Below are positions 32,189-40,756 of a stretch of 64,000 bases of DNA, piece after piece. Origin of the DNA: Terriglobia bacterium (lineage in GTDB: Bacteria; Acidobacteriota; Terriglobia; Terriglobales; Acidobacteriaceae). Numbering within the stretch: position 1 is the stretch's first letter; every line of letters begins with the position of its first letter. The DNA is taken from NCBI GenBank assembly GCA_963743105.1, contig CAVUOS010000022.1, positions 67,044 to 131,043 on the forward strand. The letters are read 5' to 3'. Made by a program: the position numbers and the translations under genes. The notes below the pieces were generated by a model. That model worked only from the letters and a program-made list of their open reading frames with translations, was not told where the DNA came from and searched no databases.

Positions 32189-33463
32189 ATGGCAACCGCG
32201 ACACCACCCTGCGTCACTCCCACGACGGCCTCTACCGTTAGCGCGCAGCGCCGCATTACGATAGGCCTCAGCGAAATCCTGAACTTCGTCTTCGACTCTT
32301 TCTGCAGCAACAAGATGCAGTTCACCCTCACGGCTTTGGCCATGGCAGTGGGAACCGCATCGGTCATCCTGGTAGCAACGATCGGGCTCACCGGCAAGCA
32401 ATACATCCTGCGCCAACTGCAATCGATCGGCACCAACATGATCTCCGCCGAATACCAGGGAGGCTCCAACCGCATTGACTCCACGCCCGATCCCATGACC
32501 ATCGAGGATGTACGCGCCGTGCGCGAGCAGGTCTCGAGCGTTGTGGCGGCTTCCCCGACAGTGGCGCTGGTGGATCGTATCAGCATCGGAGGAGGGAAGC
32601 AGAGCGACATTCTTGTTCTTGGCGTCGATCCCGAGTACACGCGGGTGCGCAATCTCAAACTGCTCGCCGGACGCTTCTTCGACGCGGAAGACTCCTCCGG
32701 CCACAACAAGGTTGGAGTGGTCACAGAGAAACTTGCGGTGAAGCTGTACGGAAATTCGCTGGCGGCAGTCGGACAGATCATCAAACTGAGTGGCGGCCTT
32801 CCGTTCACCGTGATTGGCGTCTTCAAAGAGAGCGTGGACACGTTCGGCCAATCAGAGATTCAGGAAGACACGATGCTGATCCCGTACACGGTGAGCCGCT
32901 TCTTCACTCCGACGAATGCAGTGTACGAGATTTATTTTTCGGCGGCGACTCCGCAAGACGTGGCGCCGGCGACGGCGGCCATCAAACGCGTGCTGCAGTC
33001 GCGGCATCGCGCAGAGTCGGTGTACAACGTGCAGAACCTGACGCAGCTTCTCACCGTCGCGGGCAAGATTGCCGACGCGCTGACGCTGATCCTGATGCTG
33101 GTAGCGTTCGTCACGCTGCTGGTCAGCGGCATCGGCATCATGAACATCATGCTGGCGACGGTGACGTCGCGCATCCGCGAGATTGGAATCCGCAAGGCAA
33201 TTGGCGCGACGAACCGCGAGATACGCTTCCAGTTCCTGGCTGAGGCGATTGTGATCTCTGTAACGGGAGGCATCGCCGGAATCGTCGCCGGGCTCGCCAT
33301 TCCTTACTCGGTCCGCTTCTTCACGGACTTCCGCCTGCCAATTTCGGGGCTGTCGGCGATCATCGCCATCCTGGTGTCGTCGGTCGTTGGGATGATTTTC
33401 GGGACGGTTCCAGCGACCCGCGCTTCGCAACTCGATCCAGTCGAAAGCCTGCGGTACGAGTGA
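32189..33463 (+). CDS. ABC transporter permease, MacB/FtsX family (single-copy, no adjacent ATPase)
   Basis: It has an N-terminal TM helix (FTLTALAMAVGTASVILV), a MacB periplasmic core domain, and the C-terminal FtsX motif REIGIRKAIGATNREIRFQFLAEA...VPATRASQLDPVESLRYE. Confidence 0.8.
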   Translation: MATATPPCVTPTTASTVSAQRRITIGLSEILNFVFDSFCSNKMQFTLTALAMAVGTASVILVATIGLTGKQYILRQLQSIGTNMISAEYQGGSNRIDSTPDPMTIEDVRAVREQVSSVVAASPTVALVDRISIGGGKQSDILVLGVDPEYTRVRNLKLLAGRFFDAEDSSGHNKVGVVTEKLAVKLYGNSLAAVGQIIKLSGGLPFTVIGVFKESVDTFGQSEIQEDTMLIPYTVSRFFTPTNAVYEIYFSAATPQDVAPATAAIKRVLQSRHRAESVYNVQNLTQLLTVAGKIADALTLILMLVAFVTLLVSGIGIMNIMLATVTSRIREIGIRKAIGATNREIRFQFLAEAIVISVTGGIAGIVAGLAIPYSVRFFTDFRLPISGLSAIIAILVSSVVGMIFGTVPATRASQLDPVESLRYE

Positions 33464-33533
33464 GATAAATCCTGCGCTTCTTGCGGCAGCCGAAGAGAAT
33501 CCCGAGTTCCATTTGGGAAACAGATGGCTTTGC

Positions 33534-33648
33534 GGGGTATCCCCCCTCCCCCCTCGTCTATTAGAATCTGCAACTTGGCGGGAAATGGCGAATTAATCTG
33601 TGGGGCTCAATCACTTAGGGGCAAAATCTTGAGCCGTAATGACTTAGG
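33534..33648 (+). repeat. dispersed ~115-nt repeat, copy A (partner in opposite orientation at 55853-55970)
   Basis: Blocks shared with the reverse complement of copy B: GGGGTAT(c/a)CCCCCTCC, GTCTATT(a/g)GAATC, GGGAAAATG, ACTTAG(g/c)GGCAAAATCTTG. Confidence 0.6.
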
Positions 33649-33942
33649 TGCGGGGGACTCATTTCCGCTTACACCGCTTTCGCCTTGGCTAGAATCTGCC
33701 CTCTCGATTTCGAGTGCAAGGGCAGAGGTCACATCGGATTGTCATTCCCGTCACTCGCTTTCAAGACCACTTCAAAATGGGGTACGTCCCGTGGAGTGCA
33801 ACCTGGAGTGCACCCAAAGATTGAGACAAAGAAAATGGTGACAGGTCTCGAAGCGAGGACGATGCTGTCGAGTTAGCGAACGGCCAGGACGGGTGGCCCG
33901 GCCTTTCGCGAGCTTGTCTTTCTCTTTCCCGTTTCGAAACTG

Positions 33943-33982
33943 TGGGTGCCCCGTCCTTGCGTTTTTTGCAAGGGCGGGCACG
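33943..33982 (+). repeat. REP-like palindromic element, left flank of the RAYT remnant
   Basis: TGGGTGCCCCGTCCTTGCGTTTTTTGCAAGGGCGGGCAC is an imperfect hairpin. It matches the reverse complement of 34638-34678. Confidence 0.6.
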
Positions 33983-34008
33983 ATGCTGCCGACTACTATA
34001 GCCGTGTT

Positions 34009-34600
34009 ATGCCTGCGGGTTTGCATCGCACTTACGAGGGGCGCATAACCTCAGCTGCACTTTATCACTTGGCTCCTGCTATTAGCGACTTCCCTTTTCT
34101 ACGTTCTGTGCGAGCGCGGGATCGATTCCTCTCCATCCCGGAACAGACGCTCCGGCGCTACCGGTTTGTAGTCGTGGGCTACGTCGTTATGCCGGAGAAC
34201 GTGCCATGTTGCTGATCACCGGAACAACCGGAAGGAGGGAAGTCCATCGACTGGTGATGACAGGTGCGTCAAGCAGCGTACGGCGCGTGAGCTGTTGCCG
34301 AAGAAAAAGCGTCATGATCGGGCGGCCAGCAGGAACTGATTTGCGGAAGAAACCGCGGCGGGCCTTATTGGCAGGCGCGCTTCTATGACTTCAACGTATG
34401 GACGACGAAGAAGAGGAACCGAGAAGCTGCGGTATATGCATCGGAATCCGGTGAAACGTGGAATGGTGGAGTCGCCGGAGCAATGGCGAGGAGCACTGAG
34501 CTTATGGAGCAGCTACCGGTTTTATCTGCTGGATGAACCGGGACCTGGTGCGGAGAGTGAACGTAGGGATGGGGAGAGATTTCGTTTCGAATGACAACCG
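34009..34600 (+). pseudogene. REP-associated tyrosine transposase (RAYT, IS200/IS605 TnpA-like), degraded
   Basis: Pieces lie in three frames (ORFs 33946.., 34206.., 34385..): GLHRTYEGR, RYRFVVVGYVVMPE(H)V, EGSPSTG..KQRTARELLPKKKRH, WQARFYDFNVWTTKKRNEKLRYMHRNPVKRGMVESPEQW..SSYRFYLLDEPGP. There are several frameshifts and an in-frame stop. Confidence 0.7.
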
Positions 34601-34637
34601 CGTGACCGACCCAGCCGGCACTCTCGACTCCCACCCT

Positions 34638-34678
34638 TCGCAAACTGCCGCGAAGGACGGGGCGCCCACGGCAGTGTT
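34638..34678 (-). repeat. REP-like palindromic element, right flank of the RAYT remnant (inverted relative to the left copy)
   Basis: The minus strand reads TGGGCGCCCCGTCCTTCGCGGCAGTTTGCGAAGGGTGGGAG, which has the same architecture as 33943-33982. Confidence 0.6.
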
Positions 34679-34750
34679 AATGCCGCGAGATCAGAAGCCC
34701 GCGCCGATGCGGCCCCGGTCCGCTCTGGATCATGAGACTTCAGTAAGTCC

Positions 34751-35340
34751 CTAAGAAGGTTGTAGACAGAGTAATATCTTGCGCTCGCGGATGAGCTTCT
34801 GTCCACCAAGGAAGTTCGCAATTAAGAGTAGCGTCGAGGTTGTTACGTGGGACGCGACGATGTAGATGTCCTCTTCATCATACGAAGCTTTAGCTCGTTG
34901 TTTGATAATTTGCGGCTGACCTGCATCATCCCGGTATGGGTGTAGCTGTTCAGCGTCCTCCATAGGATCGTTTTGTGGACTTTAGAAACCCTGAGTTCCG
35001 CAGGCCGTGTCTATGGCGTCGGCGATCTCGGCCATATCCAACCGGATATCGTCTTTCATCTTGTACTCGTTCGACTTCGGCATCAGTCGCGCAGCAATTG
35101 ATCCATACCCCGCGGAACAGGTTCCCTCGAAGACCGACCGCACAAGAGCGAATGCCGACCCGACCATATCGCGGACTATCAGAAGGAGTATCGCCCTCAT
35201 GGTGTTCGACCATCTGGGCCATGAAGCCGAGGACAATGGCGGTGCGAGTGTTCGGAGCGAATGTTCTCCTCAAGAACACGCTTCGCCGCGTTCATAGCAC
35301 CTTCGGTCTTGACGAGTTTTTGGCGGAGTTCTCGTGTCAT
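34751..35340 (-). pseudogene. helical-domain protein gene, heavily frame-disrupted (family uncertain; resembles DUF5677-type proteins from memory)
   Basis: Protein-like segments are spread over all three minus frames: MTRELRQKLVKTEGAMNAAKRVLEENI / NTRTAIVLGFMAQMVEHHEG / ILLLIVRDMVGSAFALVRSVFEG / LFRGVWINCCATDAEVERV / KVHKTILWRTLNSYTHTGMMQVSRKL / SYDEEDIYIVASHVTTSTLLLIANFLGGQKLIRE. Confidence 0.4.
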
Positions 35341-35630
35341 GCGTACTAGCGTACTACCACAAGAGTGTGTGTTTCTGACGTGGGGGAGCCGCATCTATGG
35401 CGGATGCGGACGGCTCCATGAAAGCTGTGCCTTCCCAAACGACGGCAGCCGCGGGCGGCACATCCGCACATAGGAATCCCACACTCCGGAAAGCGATTGA
35501 CAAACCGAATCGCGTTCCTCCGCTCAAGATGACAATTTGCGGTATCGTCCGCCTAGCAGTAACGATTGTCGGCAGGGGTGGAAAGCCGAGATAACCGGCT
35601 GAAGATCGATGCCCGGGTTGAAACTGGCCC

Positions 35631-35665
35631 AAAAACCACAAAGCCGGGCTGGTTGGCCCGGCTTT
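35631..35665 (-). terminator. intrinsic terminator (minus strand)
   Basis: AAAGCCGGGC/GCCCGGCTTT, a 10-bp stem (35640-35649 and 35656-35665) with a 6-nt loop. The minus strand continues GTGGTTTTTGGG. Confidence 0.5.
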
Positions 35666-35878
35666 CCCATTGTGGAACTGGTTCGTCGGTCTTGTTCGGA
35701 TCGGCAAGCCAGAATGTCTTGAAACTTTCTGTCGCCGCGTCTTACGGCTCAACCGCTGCGAAATTTTGCGCGGCGGTGTAAGCAAAAACCTCAAGGTTCC
35801 AGAGTTTCAAGTTTACAAACCTCAGGTTCGGGGTGTTCCCTTGAAACTCTGAAACCGTTCTAAACTTTGAAACCTGCC

Positions 35879-36138
35879 CTACATCACCATCGCCAGGTTC
35901 TCCAGTTCGTACTGGAGGACTGGGATGGCGCATCCGGCCATTTCGACGCGTCCCGCCGCGTCGAGCGCTGCCGTGGGACGAAACCCCATAACCACGGCCC
36001 ATCAGGAACACGCGAAGCAGTTCGGCCGCCTCGTAGGAATCGACCATGCCGCCCTGGAGCAAGTCGTTCCGGAGCGCTGCCAGCTCCGTCATCGTGAATC
36101 TGTCTTTATCGTATACCCACCATCTTTTCGTTCATCAT
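35879..36138 (-). CDS. small hypothetical protein (~85 aa; frame interrupted about twice)
   Basis: GGAGG lies 11 nt before the ATG at 36138. The stitched translation is MMNEKMVG/YDKDRFTMTELAALRNDLLQGGMVDSYEAAELLRVFLMGRGYGVS/PTAALDAAGRVEMAGCAIPVLQYELENLAMVM. I recognise no family. Confidence 0.35.
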
Positions 36139-36535
36139 GGCCGTCATCACCTCCGATTCCGACCTTTCGCCTATTAGACTCATCGGCACCTGTTGAAGTT
36201 GCATGCAATTCGTGTGCCGTAATTCCCTGTACTTGTGTATACCTCCCCCAATTGCCTCTAGTTCTATTAACCCTCATGGATATCGGAAGTTGCGGGGAAA
36301 GCTGTAGGGCTTAAGGGGGGCCTGAGGTGCCCTTCGTACCAGCAGTAATCTCAAAAGTGACACAATGTGTCGATTCGGATTGGCCGATGCCGCTCAGGGG
36401 CGGTGGTGGAAAGCGGCCAGTAGGGCCGACCGGGCTAAGTCGGGTGACTGCGGCGGCCTGATGGGCACTCTGCCAGGGCGAAGGTTTGCTCTCGGCCCAA
36501 GGAACTGTCAACGGGCCTGGGACGGCCACGGCACT

Positions 36536-36962
36536 CTAAGCTGGTTCGAGCTCTTTGTCGCCGACTCTGCTGCATCAGGCTGTCGAACTGGCGCTTCTCC
36601 AGGCAGAAGCATGTTGTCCGTAGCGCGCCTCTTTTCCCGTCACATGCCAATACGGCATCCAGCAGAACTGTTTGCCTTCGCTGGTTTCGAGGACGACGAG
36701 GAAGGGATAGAACGTAACTTCTTCCTCCTCCTCTCCGAGCCAGGATTCCAGTTTGTCGGGCAGGAGTGCCGAGACAACTTTGTAATCTCTGTCCCCGGCG
36801 CCGAGCTGAAAGTCGAGAGTGACGTGCAGGTCGCGGGTTCTACCGCAGCCCGGGCAAGTCTCGGGAGCCGTTTTTGGAGAAGTTGTAGAGCGCGTCAAAC
36901 AGCTTATGGTGAGTCGGATACTTCTTATGACATTGAATGCAGTAAAAGAATTGCGCAGCCAC
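36536..36962 (-). CDS. zinc-ribbon (CxxC...CxxC) protein of unknown function (frame interrupted; 3' end uncertain)
   Basis: AAGGAGG lies 7 nt before the GTG at 36962. Translation: AAQFFYCIQCHKKYPTHHKLFDALYNFSK/TAPETCPGCGRTRDLHVTLDFQLG...FYPFLVVLETSEGKQFCWMPYWHVTGKEARYGQ. The frameshift localises to the T5 run at 36871-36875. Confidence 0.45.
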
Positions 36963-37021
36963 GTCCGAGCCTCCTTATCCTGGAACCGCGGAGTTCAGCC
37001 GGCAACTGCAATCGGCACCGG

Positions 37022-37187
37022 CTAAGGCTCGATCGTAGCCTCATCGACCAGCATGATGGGGATATTGTCCTTTACCGCGTAGACCCGGTGGCACTGCTGA
37101 CACTTAAAGCTTTCCGGGTTTGGCGGTACTGAGCGCCTGTTTACAGGCTGGACAAACCAGCATTTCCAGGAGGTCTTTGGCAACCAT
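37022..37187 (-). CDS. Trm112/UPF0434 (YcaR-like) family small protein (frame interrupted once)
   Basis: Hand translation MVAKDLLEMLVCPACKQALSTAKP../FKCQQCHRVYAVKDNIPIMLVDEATIEP matches the L.CP.CK...C..C...Y.I.dgIP.ML pattern. Confidence 0.6.
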
Positions 37188-37454
37188 GACTCGGCATTTT
37201 ACGACAGCGGCGGGCAAGGGACGTGTGACAGGTGCTCACAGGGCGACAGAGCGAGGATCACCAGGATCAGGGGCTTGGGCTGCGCAGAGGCAGGGGGAAG
37301 GGGTGCACATGCGCCAGACTTCACTTGCGCTTCGTACTCTTCGCTGAGCCCGACCCCCTACCCCGGATCTCTGCCCCTTGCCTCCGGACCTGGCCCCGGC
37401 CCCCTGACCCCTAAACCCGTTCCAACAGTGTAAGATTTAACCTCGGAACTCCAT

Positions 37455-38407
37455 ATGTCTGCTCTCATCCTCGACGGAACCAAGATCGCACAAGAGATTC
37501 GCGCCGAAGTTGCGGCGGAGGCCAGAACCATGTCCGCCGCCGGGGTGCGACCCGGGCTGGCGGTGGTACTGGTCGGACATAACCCCGCGTCGGAAATCTA
37601 CGTTCGCGGGAAGGTGAAGGCCTGCGAGGAAGTGGGCATTTACAGCGAGAAGCTCACTCCGCCGGAATCAATACCACTGCCGAATTGCTCGAGTTGATCG
37701 AAGACTTGAACCGGCGCGAGGAGATCGACGGCATCCTGGTACAGCTGCCTTTGCCGCCGCAGGTAGATTCGAAGAAAGTGCTGATGGCGGTCTCTCCGGC
37801 CAAGGACGTCGATGGATTTCATCCCATGAATGTCGGATTTCTATCGACGCAGCGCCCGGGTTTGGTGCCGTGCACACCGGCCGGAGTGATGGAAATTTTG
37901 AAGCGAAGCAACATCCCGGTTGCAGGGCGTGAGGCCGTGGTCGTGGGGCGCAGCGACATCGTGGGTAAACCCGCGGCCATGCTGCTGACCAACGCGAACG
38001 CGACGGTGACGATTTGCCATTCGAAGACGCACGATTTGCCGGGCGTGTGTCGCCGGGCGGACATTCTGGTGGCTGCGATCGGCCGGGCGGGGATGATTAC
38101 GCGGGATTTTGTGAAACCGGGGGCGGCGGTGATCGATGTCGGAATGAACACGGTGACCGATCCCGCGGAGTTTCAGCGTTTCTTTTCTGGCACCCGAGCC
38201 GGGAATGCGAAGAGGGAAGAGACGTTTCGGAAAAAGGGATCGACCTTGATCGGCGATGTGCATCCCGAAGTGGCGGAAGTTGCCGGAGCACTGACGCCGG
38301 TGCCGGGCGGAGTAGGGCCGCTTACCATCGCCATGCTGATGTTCAATACGGTAAAGGCGGCGAAGATGCGGCGCGGGAGCCGGGTGCCGGAGCTGTCGAG
38401 GGCATAA
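37455..38407 (+). CDS. folD: bifunctional methylenetetrahydrofolate dehydrogenase/cyclohydrolase (frame interrupted once at about 37671-37674)
   Basis: ORFs 37455..37697 and 37685..38407. Translation: [15 protein letters not shown]...[17 protein letters not shown]...[27 protein letters not shown]...GFHP.N.G...PCTP.GV...GRS.IVGKP. A one-base loss at ATA(A)CC restores the frame. Confidence 0.9.
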
Positions 38408-38432
38408 TATTCACAGCGCACGGAGTCACGGA

Positions 38433-38535
38433 GAACAATTGTTGATTGTTCTTTTTGATTGTTGAATGAAAAAAGTCTACCGACCCGTTCTATGCCTTCA
38501 TTCAACAATCAACAATCAAAATTCAACAATTCTCT
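38433..38535. repeat. long imperfect palindrome built from GATTGTTGA/TCAACAATC words
   Basis: A perfect 16-bp core TTGATTGTTGAATGAA / TTCATTCAACAATCAA around a 27-nt loop, with extended imperfect arms. It lies in the folD-coaE spacer. Confidence 0.7.
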
Positions 38536-38562
38536 TGCTTGTAAGGTTTCTCTGGGGCACCC

Positions 38563-39195
38563 ATGCTGAAAGTCGGACTGACAGGGGGGATTGCATCTGG
38601 GAAGTCGGTCGTGGGGCAGATGTTTGTGGCGCTGGGCGCGCACCTGGTCGAAGCGGACCGAATTGCCCATTCCCTGATGCAGCCGGGAGAGCCGGTTTAC
38701 AACGAGGTAGTACGGCACTTTGGGCGCGAAATCCTTAGTGCTGACGGAAGCGTAGACCGCGGCAAACTGGCCGAAGCGGCTTTCGGTCCTCCCGGGGCGG
38801 ACAAGGGTTCCTCCCGCGTCGCGGACCTCAACCGCATCGTTCATCCAGCTGTAATTCGCAGCCAGGAGGAGTGGATGCACGCGGTTAGCCTCCAGGATCC
38901 GAATGGAGTGGCGATTGTAGAAGCCGCCTTGCTCATCGAAGCAGGAGCGGCCAAACGCTTTGACCGCCTGATCGTGGTGACCTGCAATCTGGAGCAGCGT
39001 GCCGAGCGATTCGCGAAGCGGCAGACAGTCGATCTGGAAACCGCGCGAGCGGAGGTTGCGCGGCGGATGGCGGCCCAGCTTCCGGACGAGGAAAAGATCA
39101 AAGCTGCCGATTATGTGATCGACAACTCCGGTGCGCTGGAGCACACTCGCGAGCAGGTGCGGCAGGTCTGGGAGAAGCTGCGAACCGCTCATTAA
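38563..39195 (+). CDS. coaE: dephospho-CoA kinase
   Basis: MLKVGLTGGIASGKSVVGQMF contains the P-loop, and the length of about 210 aa fits. The frame is intact. Confidence 0.85.
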   Translation: MLKVGLTGGIASGKSVVGQMFVALGAHLVEADRIAHSLMQPGEPVYNEVVRHFGREILSADGSVDRGKLAEAAFGPPGADKGSSRVADLNRIVHPAVIRSQEEWMHAVSLQDPNGVAIVEAALLIEAGAAKRFDRLIVVTCNLEQRAERFAKRQTVDLETARAEVARRMAAQLPDEEKIKAADYVIDNSGALEHTREQVRQVWEKLRTAH

Positions 39196-39390
39196 GACGC
39201 CCGCCAAAGCGAGTTAGTCCTCGCCGCGAAACCTAAACAAACGCTCATCGCTCGGACTGGCGCGATGCCGGACCTTCCCTGATTGTTTAGAATCATTCAG
39301 GGACCTTTCGGCTCCCGAATTACGTATTCATACTTAAGGGTTGAGAACTGGTCGGTCAATACTCGAAACCGACCTCGGGGTATTCAAGCT

Positions 39391-40539
39391 ATGAAACTTG
39401 TGCGGCCTTTGATCCTGGCGATGGCCCTTGCCGGAGCATTCTTCTACTTCACCACGTGGCGTTCGAATTCGGCGGGCGAACTGCATTCGTCGAATTGGTT
39501 CTCCCGGCCTGATCAGGTGGAGATCACCGAAGCTGCGCCTGGAGATTCGCTCGATGGAGAAGAGCAGAACAATATCTCCGTCTATAAGAAAAACATCCCG
39601 TCGGTCGTAAACGTGACTTCGCGCGCCATGACCCTTGATTTCTTCTATGGACTGATTCCTCAGGAGGGGCAGGGCTCGGGATTCGTCATCGACAAAGAAG
39701 GCCACATTCTGACCAACTACCACGTCATCGCCGATGCCCGTCAGGTGGAAGTCACCATGCACAATCGCAAGAAGTACAAGGCGACAGTGGTGGGGACAGA
39801 TCCGTCGCACGATCTGGCAGTGATTCAAATCAAGGCGCCGGAACTGGTTCCATCGGTGCTGGGAGATTCGCGCAATCTGCAGGTGGGTCAGAAAGTGTAT
39901 GCCATTGGCAATCCCTTTGGACTCGCGGGAACCATGACCCGCGGGATTGTGAGTTCCATTCGTCCGGTGCGCGAGCCGAATGGGGCAATGATCGATGAGG
40001 CGATTCAGACCGATGCTGCCATCAACCCGGGCAATTCCGGTGGCCCGCTCATGAACGGACATGGCGAGGTGATCGGAATCAACACAATGATCCTCTCGAA
40101 CTCGAATCAAAGCGCGGGCATTGGTTTTGCCATTCCGATTAACACGGCGAAAGCAGTGCTGAACGATCTGATGACGCTGGGGCGGGTGCGCCGTCCGGCG
40201 TTGGGCGTGCGTACGGTTCCCATCTACGCCGAACTGGCGGAGGAGATCGGCCTACCCGTCGATTACGGATTGCTGATCATCGGGGTCGTACCGGGTAGCT
40301 CTGCCGATCAGGCCGGTCTGCATGCCGGTACGGAGCGCGCTTACCTGGGCAACATTCCCATCATGTTGGGCGGGGACCTTATTGTGGCGATCGACGGCGA
40401 GAAGATCCAGGATCAGGTCGATCTTACGCAGATGATGAACAATCACCGCGCCGGCGACACGGTCAAAGTCACCATTTACCGGAACAAGAAGAAGTTGGAT
40501 GTTGAGGTATCGCTGGGCGAGGCGCGGCAGCAGGTGTAG
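39391..40539 (+). CDS. HtrA/DegP-family trypsin-like serine protease with PDZ domain
   Basis: ATG at 39391 in ORF 39283..40539, with an N-terminal TM helix. Catalytic triad context: TNYHV, HDLAV and GNSGGPL. There is a C-terminal PDZ domain (GLLIIGVVPGSSADQAGL). The frame is intact. Confidence 0.85.
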   Translation: MKLVRPLILAMALAGAFFYFTTWRSNSAGELHSSNWFSRPDQVEITEAAPGDSLDGEEQNNISVYKKNIPSVVNVTSRAMTLDFFYGLIPQEGQGSGFVIDKEGHILTNYHVIADARQVEVTMHNRKKYKATVVGTDPSHDLAVIQIKAPELVPSVLGDSRNLQVGQKVYAIGNPFGLAGTMTRGIVSSIRPVREPNGAMIDEAIQTDAAINPGNSGGPLMNGHGEVIGINTMILSNSNQSAGIGFAIPINTAKAVLNDLMTLGRVRRPALGVRTVPIYAELAEEIGLPVDYGLLIIGVVPGSSADQAGLHAGTERAYLGNIPIMLGGDLIVAIDGEKIQDQVDLTQMMNNHRAGDTVKVTIYRNKKKLDVEVSLGEARQQV

Positions 40540-40756
40540 GCGGCTTCCGGCGTCGCGGTCTCCTTCGTGTCCTAGTGGTTTAAGCCTTTCTCCTGCCGCC
40601 TTGAAAAGCTCTCTACTTCGCGTTAGTCTTCTTACCTGCCTATGACCGCCGTCCTCTAATTTCGGTTCTCAGTATCTCTCGGGCGAATCGTGTGCAAATG
40701 TGTGCGCGCGGAGCCCCCAGCCCTAAGTGCTCTTCAACTCAAGAGAGGACATTCCA

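Noticed and set aside
34751-34963. 70-aa ORF read as the C-terminal half of a PIN/VapC toxin (LHPYRDDAG...DIYIVASHVTTSTLLLIAN).
   Set aside because: No N-terminal PIN half or antitoxin is present, and the segment fits better as the tail of the multi-frameshifted helical gene 34751-35340.
36290-36560. GC-rich stretch with many local pairings that looked like a structured RNA (compared against RNase P, SRP, tmRNA and cobalamin cores).
   Set aside because: None of the universally conserved cores (for example GAGGAAAGTCCGGGC or GCCACTG) is present. It is more likely the eroded 3' part of the zinc-ribbon gene or degraded spacer.
37190-37454. Possible ZTP (pfl) riboswitch upstream of folD, because of GGGACGTGTGACAGGTG and GGCTTGGGC-like strings.
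   Set aside because: I found no P1 partner for GGGACG, and the CCGCCTGGGC pseudoknot segment is not matched. The region is a G-rich stretch then a C-rich repeat-like stretch, shared with the divergent Trm112-like gene.
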